Part shown: positions 26,683 through 39,700 of the stretch, piece after piece
Layout of the letters: every line of letters starts with the position of its first letter
Numbering within the stretch: the first letter of the stretch is position 1
NCBI GenBank assembly: GCA_012295275.1
Contig: CM022679.1
Location: 5,580,001 to 5,644,000 of the forward strand
Length of the DNA stretch: 64,000 nt
Direction of reading: 5' to 3'
DNA from: Chrysomallon squamiferum
Taxonomy: Eukaryota; Animalia; Mollusca
Notes under the pieces: generated by a model
What the model was told of the DNA's origin: nothing
The model's database searches: none
What the model saw: the letters and a program-made list of their open reading frames with translations, nothing else
Position numbers and translations under genes: made by a program

Positions 26683-29600
26683 TTTTTTTTGTTTTTTTAA
26701 TTTATGATTTGAATAAAATATAATAATATATCAGGATGAAGGACACTTTATTGCAAAATATGACATTGAAGATATCCAGATGGATGCTGAAGGTGCCCCA
26801 TTAGATCACAATCATTCCCACTTCATACTTGTTGACAATGGAACAGAAAATATATATGGAGGAGAAATAGAATTCAGAACAAAGCTTGAAAATTATATAT
26901 CCAAAAAATCAGGTAATGTTAAAAGCAGTCTTCTTCAGAATAAGAGTAAGAACACTGTAATTGTATAAATGTTTTATCAAACGTGAATATTTAAAAAAAT
27001 GAATGACAGTTTAGGAGAGAAAGTGAATATGAATATGCAATAAAATGTGTATGTTATTAACGGTGTAAATGTACTGAAATATACAAATAATATGAGAAGT
27101 TTGTATGTAAATTTTATGAAACAGTTTGTTTATGTTGTTTGTATACATCCTTTATTACACAGATTGTATGTGGTACAAATAGTTAAAGATTTTGGACACT
27201 ATGTATAGTTTTAATTCCTTTTTGAATTAAGCATTTTCTTTTATTCATTTTATTATTTAAGGAGAGGTGTAAAAATTTACTTTTTAGTTTTATTTACAAT
27301 TTTTCCGACCAAAGATATTGATAATAATGTGTGTGTGTGTGATTAATTGATTTACATAACTTCAGAATATAAAATTGTTTTATACTGAACAATCATTTTG
27401 ACATATTAAAACATTAATTAAACAGAATATGGTGATTTAAGTCAAATTTAATATATACAACATGATAAAGAATTATAATGTGGCAGATAAACTATACTTT
27501 TACATAGAATTATTTGTAAATTTATGGAAGTAAAGCTCTTTTTTATTTTTTTATTACTCTGTCAAAATTTTGCAGCTGAAACATCTGAACAGAAATCATT
27601 ACAGGGTTGGTATCACTTTTTCCTATTGTTATAATAATCTACATTTTATTCAGAACTGTAAATTTAGGTTTCTTGTCAGAGATGTCTTTTGATATTCTCC
27701 ATCTATTTTCTATTTCTTTAAATTAAAATTTACTAAATTTTTCAAAGTGATAGAAATAATTTAAGAACACACACACACATCAATGCTGTTGTTTATTGTT
27801 TTTTTTGGTTTCATATTTCTCTGTCATAATTTTGCAGCTGAAACTTCTGAACAGAAATCATCACAGGGTTGGTATCACTGTTTCCTATTCTTATGAAAAT
27901 GTATGTCTTTTTTAGAACTAAATTTAGGTTTCCTATCAGAGAGATCTTTTACAACACTCTATTTTTTATTTTTTTATATTAAAATTTACTAAATTTATAG
28001 AAATAAAACAGATAATTTAATATACACAAAATGATAAAGAATTGTAATGTAGTAAAGAAACTATCATATGAATTCTTTTACATAGAATTATTTGTAAAAC
28101 TACAAATAGAAAATATTTTAATTCACTTATTTTAATAGAACTTTATTACATTATTATTATCATATCATAACTTTATTATATTATTCCTCCAATAGAACCT
28201 GTTCCCATTGTGACTTTGGTGGTGGAGGGTGGAATAAATACCATGGAAACCGTCTGTGAATCTGTCCACCAACATACACCTGTTGTTGTCATAGAGGGAA
28301 CAGGGAGAGCAGCAGATTTTATATCTTTTGGTTATAAACTTACAAAACATTGTAAAAAGAAGTGAGTTTCCATACTTTATTTCTGATACACTTTCAGTGT
28401 CATTGTTATTGGTGTTGCTATTTTCACCTTCACCTTCCTGTTATTATTTTGATTATTATTAAAAAAAAAATTATTAGTTTGGTTCCTTGCTGTAGTAGGA
28501 AATTGGGGATCTGTTGCCTTGGCACATTATTAGAAAGATTGTTTATTTACAACTTTCTGTTGCTGGAAAAACTGAAACTCAAATATCCTGATTAGTAACA
28601 AAAATTATAACAGCAACAATGTTTTTTAATATTTATTTATTTACTTTTAATATACATTACAAAATAAAATGCTGAAGAAGATTTAGGACAATTTAAATTC
28701 AACTGTATATTATTAGTACTAAATGTATTTCTTTTTCAAGTCCTGCTAAACATTTTAACAAAAGGTTGAAAGACCATGCCAGAAGAATGTTTGTTAGGGA
28801 TGGAAATGGCAAAGAGGACAGAGAGGAGATTTTAGAAAAATGTTTCAGTTATCTGAAAGAAACTTTAGAGTATAGAAATCTGGTAAATACATCAATAGTA
28901 ATATTTCAAATAAATATTTTTTCATGTAAACAGGTTGTCAGAAAAGAAGAGTAAAATCATTGTAATGTTTGGATGAAACTAATTCCATTATAAATATAAA
29001 AAGAAACAAAAGAAAAACAGTTCCATGAAAACATTTTCTATTTGTCTTGTGTTCTAACATCTTCCTTCTCAAAAAAAATCAAATAAATAAATAAACTCCC
29101 AGCATAAGCTTATTTATAGACACAAAATGTTTGAATTGTATTGTACTGTTTAAATTGGAGGCACTAAAAGCAATAGCTGTCATACATAATTCCACAAAAA
29201 CTGTTTATTTTTGCATCATTGATTTTCAAATAACAGTGTTTGTTTGTTTCAGGTTACAGTTTTTGATCTTAAGACAGCAGATGCCAGAAAGGATAATAAT
29301 ACAATTAACCAAGCAATTCTCACTGCCTTGATTAAAGGTTATTTCTGATTTTTGCTACTGTCTGAGAAACCAAATAATAATAATAATTTGTAAATAAATC
29401 TAAAGTTTATACGTATATATTACTGAGCCATTCTAGAAAAAGTTACAGTTCACTGAACTTTATTGCAGAAATTGGCTTGAGTGACAAGACATTAGCACAA
29501 GATATACGTTTTAAAAACAATGTTATCCTGACTAGGAAGAGCTGTGGACATCGTTTACCTTTCCATTGAGAGAAAAGGACAGTCACATATCATCACCTTA

Positions 29601-32600
29601 TATTCACTAATTAGGCTAAATAGAAATCATAGATTGATGGCTGTATTATAAAATATATTCATGATTTTCTTTAGTAAGTGTATTTGAGTGAATGACGTTT
29701 TTCCATATTAGTCCATGTAACATAGGCAAATTTTCATGAATTGGTACCACTGAGATGGACAAAGGCTCATAGCATTTTCTTGATGGGTATATGTATATAG
29801 ATAATAAAATGAGGTGATGGCCTTTCATATTGAGAAGCTTTCTATCATTTTCACCTGAAATTTTTCTCAGGATGAGCTTAGGCTGGTACTATCAGATCAA
29901 AGAAAACAGGTGACCTACTTTTATACATGCCAATAATAATCTTTTTAGAAGGTATCTAATGCCAAGAACACTTCGTAATAAACATTTTGAGTGTTTATTT
30001 GTTCTAATGTAGTATTAATGATAAGATAAATTTGATATATCAACAATACCTGGGAAAACTTACCTTCTTTAATATCATAAAATTATCTTTAAATATTTAC
30101 CTTGGCTGGTTTCTATCACTTTCATTATTTTTCTTTATGGCTGAAAATGAATCCCTGATGCAGTTTCCGGCCATTTTGAGATCTGGTTTTGGCAAATATT
30201 CCAAAAGGTAATGAGTTAAACCTGAAATCTCAAAATGTTTTAGTTTGACCCAAAACTCTGATCTTTTCACCTCAGATGGTCAACCTTTGAGGTTTATATG
30301 CATATTATAATGTAGAATTGATAGAGGAATACAAAACACAATCTTCAGGATGAAAATGATAGAAAGCTACTCGGTGCAAATGGCTATCCTTTCATTTTAT
30401 TATCTAAATAGACCTCTCAAGAAAACACTATGAGCCTTTCTCCCTCTAGGTGGTACCAAATTCTGCTAAATCCATCCTTAAATATATATTTTTTTATTTA
30501 TATAAAATATTTAAAATTTATAAATAGACTAGTTTACATTATAGGAATATTTTACATCATTTTTAGCCAAGAAAATAAGTGCCAGTCAGCTTCTGGGTTT
30601 GGCTCTTGAGTGGAACTGCTGTGACATTGCCAGGAATGAAATCCTCAACAAAAAAAATAAGCAAAACCCAGAGGTAACTTAATTATTTTCATCTTCAAGA
30701 CATTTTATTTTAAATAGTTTCAGTTTGCAGTATATACTTTACTAAACCATATTAGTGTTAAACAAATACAAAAAGTGATGAAATACTACATAATGTTGAA
30801 TGCATTCTGGAGTTCAGAATGGTGATTCTCAAGCCTATCTCAAGATAAATCAAGCTCATAGTTTTGTATTTTGTTTTTCTAAAAAGTGGTCAACTTTTAT
30901 TATAGTAATAATATTAATAATAATAATAAAAAGTTGATAAAATGTTCAACATAACATTATTACCTATTTCACTTATGAAAGATTTGTCATTCCTTGCTCA
31001 GACATAACAAGATAAAAAAGATGTAGTTTATTAATTATTTCTTTATATTTTTATTTCTATTTCCATTTTTATGTACATTCTAATTACTTTATATTATTAT
31101 TGTTATTATTATTATATTATTATTTATTTATTTGTTTTTAATTCAGAAAATAAATTTAAATGGTGCAATGATGACGGCTCTTGAGAAAGATAAAGCAGAC
31201 TTTGTAAATCTTTTCATTGACAGTGGTGTTAGCTTAAAGAAGTTTTTGACCATTAAAACCCTTCATAGTCTCTATTTAAAAGTAAGTTAAAATTACCTAT
31301 TGTTATTATTAGTTTAAAAAAAATGGAAATTACTGTCTATTATTATTATTTTACTGTTATTTCTTTATTTTTTAAAATTGTTTTATTTATCTTAATGGGT
31401 TTTTTTAATTAATATTCATGTTGTTGTTGTTTATTTATTTATTTCTCATCTGTTAAAGTTACTTTTCAATTATTTTTCATTTCTTCTATTATTTATTTTT
31501 TAATTTTTTATTTGGGACATTTTCATATTATTTTTTTTTTTTTTTTTTTTTTTTTTTCAAGCTTTATGAGAACAATAAAGACACCCAGGCACTGTTTATT
31601 CATAGTCTGATTCGCAATCTCAGGGTAAGTACTTAGATTATCTAACAGGCTCTCACTGACCAACCACATCACCTTACAACTGGTAGATCATGGGACCCTC
31701 CCCCCAGCAAGAGATTTTACACAGAGAATGTAAAAAAATATAATACAATCTTAACAACTTCTTCTAACAACCTTTTCTAACCATCTTTTTCTAGTTTGTT
31801 TATTTATATTTATTTTTTTGTTGTGTTGTATGTTGCTTTTATTTTGTGTATTATGTGCTCTTGAATTATCGTATTACATTACATTATAGTTATCTTCAAA
31901 AACCAACAACCAAGTGTTGTTGAGAAACTTCAGTGAACTCATTATGTTCTTGCTCAAACAATATCCATTTGACTTCTACTCAGGTATGCATTCCATAGAC
32001 TATACTATTCAGGCCACTTTTGTATTTCTGAGAGTCAGTGTTAAGAAATGAAGAATGAACTAAATAAATAAATTTTAAAAATACACAAAAATTTGTAAAA
32101 TCACCATCATCTGTGACATTTAAACATAATTTATAGAATTTTCTCAATCTTATACTTCTATTTTCTTATTAACTTAGTCAGTGTGCAAATTAATTGAAAG
32201 TGACTAAATCAACAAGAAACAAAAGTTCATTTGCAAAGATTTTTTTTTTTTTTAAGTTTAAAAATTTCATTTTTTATTTGTGTACATTTTCATTGTTGAT
32301 TTTTGTTTTGGAGTGCTGATTTTTATTTTTATTTTTATTTGTTTATTTGTTTATTTACATATATACATATATATATATATATATTATATATATATATATA
32401 TATATATTTGCTTCTTAGTACAGTTGTTTTGATTTTTTTTTCTCTTTCTAAATTTTACAGATGAAAAATATAAAGTATATGATGAACAGAAACTATCACA
32501 GGGTTGGTATCATTTTTTCCCTGTTCTTATAATAACATTTGTCCTCTTCAGACCTGTAAATTTAGGTTTTCTGTCAGAGATGTGTTTTAATATACTCTGT

Positions 32601-32744
32601 CTAATTTCTAAGTGACTAAAAAAAAAAGAAACAAATGTTCATTTACTAGGGTTTTGTACATTTTTTAAATTTTACTTCATTTTTCATTTGTATACATTTT
32701 AATTGTTGATTTTTTGTTTTGGAGTGCTCATTTAGGTGGGGTTT

Positions 32745-32775
<31 letters not shown>

Positions 32776-32832
32776 GTATTTGTTTATTTTCTTTATATAT
32801 ATATGTGTGTAGGTAGGGAGGTAGGTGTGAGA

Positions 32833-32868
<36 letters not shown>

Positions 32869-32877
32869 CAGAGAGAC

Positions 32878-32916
<39 letters not shown>

Positions 32917-33660
32917 GACAGACAGACAGACAGAGAGACAGACAGACACTGCTTTATAACTGAGGACATTGTTTTGGGGTTGTTTTTTTGCAGACAAACG
33001 TAAATCTGAAAAGGAACCACCAAAGGGTTGGTATCATTTGTTTTCCTGTTATATTGTACATCTTCTTCAGATGTGTAGAAAAGGTTTGTCATCAGTAGAA
33101 TTATAAAACAATCACTACAAAGGCATATATGTCTGTATGACTGTACATCACAATACTTGTTTTTCTTTTTTAATAAATATTTTAAATATTTTTGTAGGTT
33201 TATATATAACATAAATTCCTTCAAACTAATATTTACCAGTATAAGATTATCAACCAGAAAGTTTCTAGCATACAGCTTTTAAATTATAAGAAAGCACTAG
33301 CACAAATAAATATAAACTTAACTGCTATTATTCTTTAGTAACTAATGTTAAAGAATTTATTATGTAGAAAGTTCTGCTTTTAGTAGGTAAAAATTTCATT
33401 AATTGCAGTATTAGAAAAAAATATTTTTTATAATTTAAAAAAACATTATTCTGTGCACTACCAAGACAATTTCTTAACATTTTCTTTTACCAGTTTAGTA
33501 TTGTTAGTTTTATTTAATATATTTTTATTTATTTTTTTTTTTTTGAATTTTTTTTGTCCAGTTGTATTTTTTTATTATTATTATTCATTTTTATTTATAT
33601 TTATATAAAATATAATTATCATTATTTTTATTTTATTTTTGAATTTTTATTTCTATTTTA

Positions 33661-33703
<43 letters not shown>

Positions 33704-36700
33704 TATTTTTTGTTCAGTTGTTTAGTGTTTTTGTTAAAAAGAACATTTTATTTCATAGCTTTAGAATAAGTGACTTCTTTTGGTGTGTATTTTCAAATGT
33801 TTTGGCAGTGCATACATTAAATGAAATATATACTCACTTTAATGATATTATGCCTAAAAATAATTACCATAAAAACTGAAAACTGCAATCTTTTATTTTA
33901 CTAAAAATAGCCATTTTTACTTCCCGAGTGTGAAATGTGTCATCATTATAACTAAGCATTATTAGAATACTTCAGAAATAAACACATTTACACATTCATG
34001 CACAATCATGCACCTAAGTAATGCACACATTTATACAAATGCATAGCATCACATAAATGAATACATAACACATGTACAGAATTATAAAAACAATAACACA
34101 GATTTAAAGTGTACACATAAATGAACATGTATAAAACACATACACACACACAGATTGGTTTTGACATGTCATGGTGAAGCAATACATTGTTTGTATTATG
34201 CATCTCTGTTATATTTGATATATTTCTTCTGAAACCATTTTTTCTCATGTAGTGTTTAAGTATTGTAAATTTAGATCATTGGCCATGTACAGAATGATGT
34301 GATTTGTATTTCCATCTGTATATGTCTGTACTTTCAAAGTTATCTTTAGTTCTAATATTATTTAAAAAAAAATATGTTTCTTAATTTTTAATTTTTATTT
34401 TTAATTTTAATTTTTTTTTTGATAATTGATTTGCTTAAATTCTTAGCCTTACATTACAACACTTTATTAATTGAAAGAAGCTGACATAATCGTATTTGGA
34501 TGTCAATTCCAGCTGTAATACTGAAAATATTAAACCTAAATCATACTGAATATGGCACTGATTACTTTTAAATTAGTTTTTTATTGCAATTTTACTTATT
34601 AGATATTCTCTTTATAATTTACAAATTTTAACCATAATAAGCTTTATCAGTTTAATTTTAAAAAGTAAATGAATAAATTTTACTAATTTTTATTATTTAT
34701 TTTATTTTATTTGTCCAACATTATTGTTAATGTTGTTGTTGTTGATGTTTTTGTTGTTGCTGTTGTTGTTTTTACAGGTTGACCATACCTTAACCATAAA
34801 TCACAAAAAAGGAAATATTTAAAATCTCAAAACTTTTTCGAGCAGCCATAATAGCTTAAAGTTTTCAAATAATCCTCTAAATGATCTTTAAACTTTTATT
34901 TCATTTACAGTTGATTTTTCCAACCCTGAACAAGATTTATTTCTCTGGGCTGTTCTCTTCAACCGCAGGAAAATGGCTGCACTGTTCTGGCAGCTTGGAA
35001 AAGACCAGTTAGGTAACAGAAACCTAAAATGTTGTCATACTGTATATGATAATATGGAATAGCAATAAACTGACTTGATATTAAACTACTGTGATTAGGA
35101 TTTTTTTAAAGAAAATTTATTATATATTTTTCTTTGTTATTGTTGTAGTTGTTATTTGTTTTGTTTGTGTTTTTTTTTTTTTTTATGGGATTGTTTTTGT
35201 TCTGGTTGGAGGTAGCTTTTTATTTTGTCATGTTTATTATTTATTGCATCTTAGTACAATATCAGTCATGCAAGAAGTGATAGATCCACAGATCAAATCT
35301 TCTCTCATCTCACTTTATTAGTTCCATTCAATCTTGTTCCTGGTTTTAATGTTTCAAAGTTTACTGTACATGCTTCTGTCTTAAACATAATCTTTAATCT
35401 TGTGCTGTTTCAGGAGCGGGGCTGATTGCCTCTGCCCTGCTGAAGTCTATGTCTAAACAGGCTGAAATTAAGGAACAGCCAGAACTTAGTCAAAATCTGG
35501 CAAGTCATGCAGAGTAAGTAATCATTTCACCAACATTTAGTATGTTTGAAGTTTTTAATTAATGTTCCATTGAAAGAAATTTGTAAATATAAATCTCTTT
35601 GTGAGTTTGCAATTTTTAATTAATGTTCTATTGAAAGAAATTTGTAAATATAAATCTCTTATTCATATACTTTGTGAGTTTGCAATTTCTAATTAATGTT
35701 CTATTGAAAAAAAAATTGTTAATGTATTTCTGTTATCCACATGACTTGACCAACAGTGAGCAATATTTTTTGCATTCATTCCACTCAGTTGATCAGTAAA
35801 GTTCGGACAAATGTTGAGCTGGTCAAAGGAGATCTAAAGAAAACATAAAACAATAGTTAGGCCATGAAGCTAACTGCTATAGATATCATGCAGCAGATAG
35901 AAAGACAAATACTTATAAGTTATAATAGATTTTCTCTTAATAGTACAACATTGTGTCCTATACTTGTATTTGAAGATGAAAAAGAAAATCATGGGAAGCA
36001 AACCATACCAAAGAATTACCTAAAAATATTTTATTTAGTTGCATGTTAATGGAAAGATTTTGCACAAAAAGCCTACTTCATAATAACAGTGATCTTTGGC
36101 ATTGCTCTGGGCAATGTTGTCATGTACTACAAAACCAGAATCTGGAGTGTGCAGTAATCTCACCTCAGAATGTCCAATAAGTGTACAAACCTTGTTTGCT
36201 GTGAGGTGCGACCTGTGATGTGGATGATGGAATAGTTATGATTAATGTCTGCAACTGAGCACACTGCCATTGGAAACACACCACTTTGGACCAGAATTCA
36301 TGTAGATGGGAGGTCAGGATCGGTCCAACCTGATCAATCAGCTCAAGAGCTAACAACCATTGCTTTGTTTAATTTTGTCAAAAGCAAATATGGTAACTTA
36401 TAGACTATATCTCTTGCTCTTGGGGCAGTGGCTAGGGTCAGACAGGTGATTTATATTTTTACTGCCTGAGCCTGACTATATCAACCACGTATCCCTGGCA
36501 TGACTCTCTGGTGGCTACCCATAGAAGTATGTCCCCCAGTTTGGACTTGATGGTGGGTGGGGGCATGGTTGATTAACTTTAATTACTCAGTTGTGACTGA
36601 ACTAAAAAATAAATTTTACTCAACTCTCAATGGATCCCTGAAAAAGCATGTATACCGAGGTTATCTTCTGATGAAATCAAAATGTATTTCTTTTAAAACC

Positions 36701-39700
36701 TGGCCAAGGCTGCTCGCCATTGCATCTGCTAATGACAAAGCCTTGAAAAAAAAATGTTGCCTTTTGCGATACAGAAGGGGCTCCAAGGTTTGGCTGGTGA
36801 ACCTAAACATGTTAAGAAACTGTAGAATGCTCATTCCAAAAATTTACTTTAGTCAAGAATTTTGTATGGAATATCTATTAGAGTCAGTCTGCACAACATT
36901 GAATATACTGAAAGGAGTGATTCCGTGTAAGGATCTGGAATGTGTTAGTGAGGAAGAGATTTGCGATGGAACAATGAAGTATCTTTCTTCAAATATTTAA
37001 TGTGCCCACTCTCCTAGATTCTGTGAAAGCAGTATTTTTCCATATTCCTGTTGTGCCATACATTCCAAACTCTCTACCACCTTTTAAATGTCACAAGTAT
37101 GGACATGGACAGAATGCATGTTGTAAGAGACTGACATGTCCTCTATGTGGTCAGTTTGACTATGAAAGAAAGACATGTCAAAATGATAAGGCATGTATCA
37201 ATTGTGGATGAAAACACTTAGCTTCTCGCAAGAGTGCTCAAAGTGGAAACTGGAAAAAATGGTACAACGTATTAAAGTTGAAAGAAAAATGTCTTTCCCT
37301 AAGGCTAGAAAGAATGGAAGAGTCATCTTCAACAGTGGTAGCAAGTAAATCATATGCTGCCGCTATTAGTGTGTCAACATGGCCATTTACACTGACTTAG
37401 CATGGCCAAACGGTGTAGATAAATTTAGAAAGATTTCTGATACTGAAAAAAAACAAAGAAACAGAATGCTAAAGTAAAAACACAAAACTCTTTGGATTCT
37501 AAAAATCTTTAAAAGGGCTGATCTGTTGGGCTGCCAGGTGCAAGCAAGCCTCCTTCTGAAAAAAATACCAAGAAACAGTAAGGACACGTTTTCAGAAAGA
37601 TTAATAGTCTGCTGAAAACCAACTGATTCTGACCATTAATCCTTACAAAACGTTGGATGATATGGACGATCTGGCAGAAAACCTGACACAACCTCGAAAA
37701 AGCCAAAAGAAAAGTTAAACAACATACTTTTTTTTAATGACTAATTCAGTCATTCAATGGAATTGCCATGAGCTTAGGCCCAATTTTGATGAATTGAGCC
37801 TTTTTGTTGTTAAACATAATCCCCTTGCAGTGTGTCTTCAGGAAACATTCCTTAAAGACACTGATCCTATTACTGTTAGGGGCTTTAGCCAGAATACACA
37901 ATTGTGGGGCCCATAGCAAAACTTAGCATAGGCCCCTACCACTCGCTAGGTACAAAAGTAAATGCCCCTCCCTCAACCCATGCACACTATTATCATAATT
38001 TTACATTCAACATAAACATACCTTAATGTTTGAACAATCAGTCAGATGTATTGTTGAAACAAAAGGAATCTTGCCAACAGTATTAAAAACCAATGCAAAT
38101 GCCATTAAACTATAACGTAACCCCGAAAACATGGGTAAGAAATGAAGCCAGTAGATAAGTGTGATTCAGGCTCAGATTAAGTTATATATCATGCCTTCCA
38201 GTTTTATATATGCAAGGTCTTTTATAATGGAAGTTGTGTCAACAGTTTTCAACAGTTCGCATTTGATGTTCATCAATGTCAGCATATTTAAACGTTTTTC
38301 TCCCATCATTGTTCTTTGTGCATTTTGTATGCAGTGCAGTTTGAAAAATGAACACTCCCCCGTGCATTTTGTAACCATCATACACAAATACATGTGTAGC
38401 ATTATTTCAGTATTACTAAAACATGACTGCATGTTGTGATCTCTGATGAAACGGTGTATGAGCAACTCCCAGCATTTTTATTTTAAAAAATTAAATAAAA
38501 ATTAGAAAAGGTGATCCGCAGAGCCCATAGCATTTGCTACATCTGCTACACTGTTAATCCAGCACTGCTCATAGTATAGTTACATTAAATACCAACTTAC
38601 AGGCTGTGGCTGTTAAGATCACAGTTCATAAAACTATAACTTTATGTTCAAATTATTTACCTCCTCACAATCATTTCAGTTTTAACCCTCAAGACCTCCA
38701 AGATCTCATAGACCAACTGCCATCTCCTTTTATTCTGATGGGACATTTCAGTGGTCATCATAGGTTATGTGGATGTGAAGAGGTTAATAACAGAGGTCAA
38801 CAGTTTGAAGACTTAATTCTCAAAAATGACTTGATCCTTTCTAATGATAAAAGTCACACATATTGTTTTTCTTCTATAATGTACCTTCACTTCAATAGAT
38901 TTTACCCTTTGTAGTCCATCAGTTTATCTTGATGTCTCCTGGAAAGTTGGTACTGGTCCTTGTAGTAGTGACCATATTTCCCATTTTCTTGGAGAATGAT
39001 GGACCACACATTGCTAGAGCTAAGGCTTGCTTTACCCAGACATAACTGACACAGTAAGGTGCCATCTAGGAGGAAATATATTATCAATATCAATTCCCAA
39101 ACATGAGTCAAATCTGTTTGAATAGGATCCAAAAAATAAAGGGAAAGGCATCCAGTAGCACTGTGTTCCATCTGTATGTCAATGATAGACATGTCACGTC
39201 TCACCATGACATTGCTAACATATTGGCAAATAACTTTTCTCATAATTCTTCTTCTTTCAGTACAGATGATTTTGCATCTGTACATAATAAAGTTGAAAAG
39301 CAGACTATTAATTTTTCATCTGATAATGCTGAAGTATACAATATGCCCTTCTCAGGATGCTCTACATAGAGCTTATGCCATTTCTGCAACCCAGATGAAA
39401 TATACTATCAGTTACTTAAACATTTACCCAGTTGTTCTCTCTTGCTTCCTCTAAGCATTTTCAATAAAATCTGGATTTCTGGTAACTTTCCTTCTGATTG
39501 GAGGAAAGCAATTGTAATTCCTATTACACTGCATGGAAGTATGGGATAATGAAGGACCTCCATGACTTCGGTACAGTTTTAAAGTAACTTTTTAAAAGAT
39601 AGATCGTTAAAGTCCAGGTGGGATCTACTTTTTCTGATTTCTACCCACAAGAGATGGGTATAGCTCAAGGTAGTATCCTGTCAGTAACCTTATTTTCTTT

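Noticed and set aside
32719-33224. ORFs with RERERQ or LSLSVS repeats (also 49699-49992, 55858-56146, 62276-62503)
   Set aside because: Products of (GA)n, (GACA)n and (TAT)n microsatellites.
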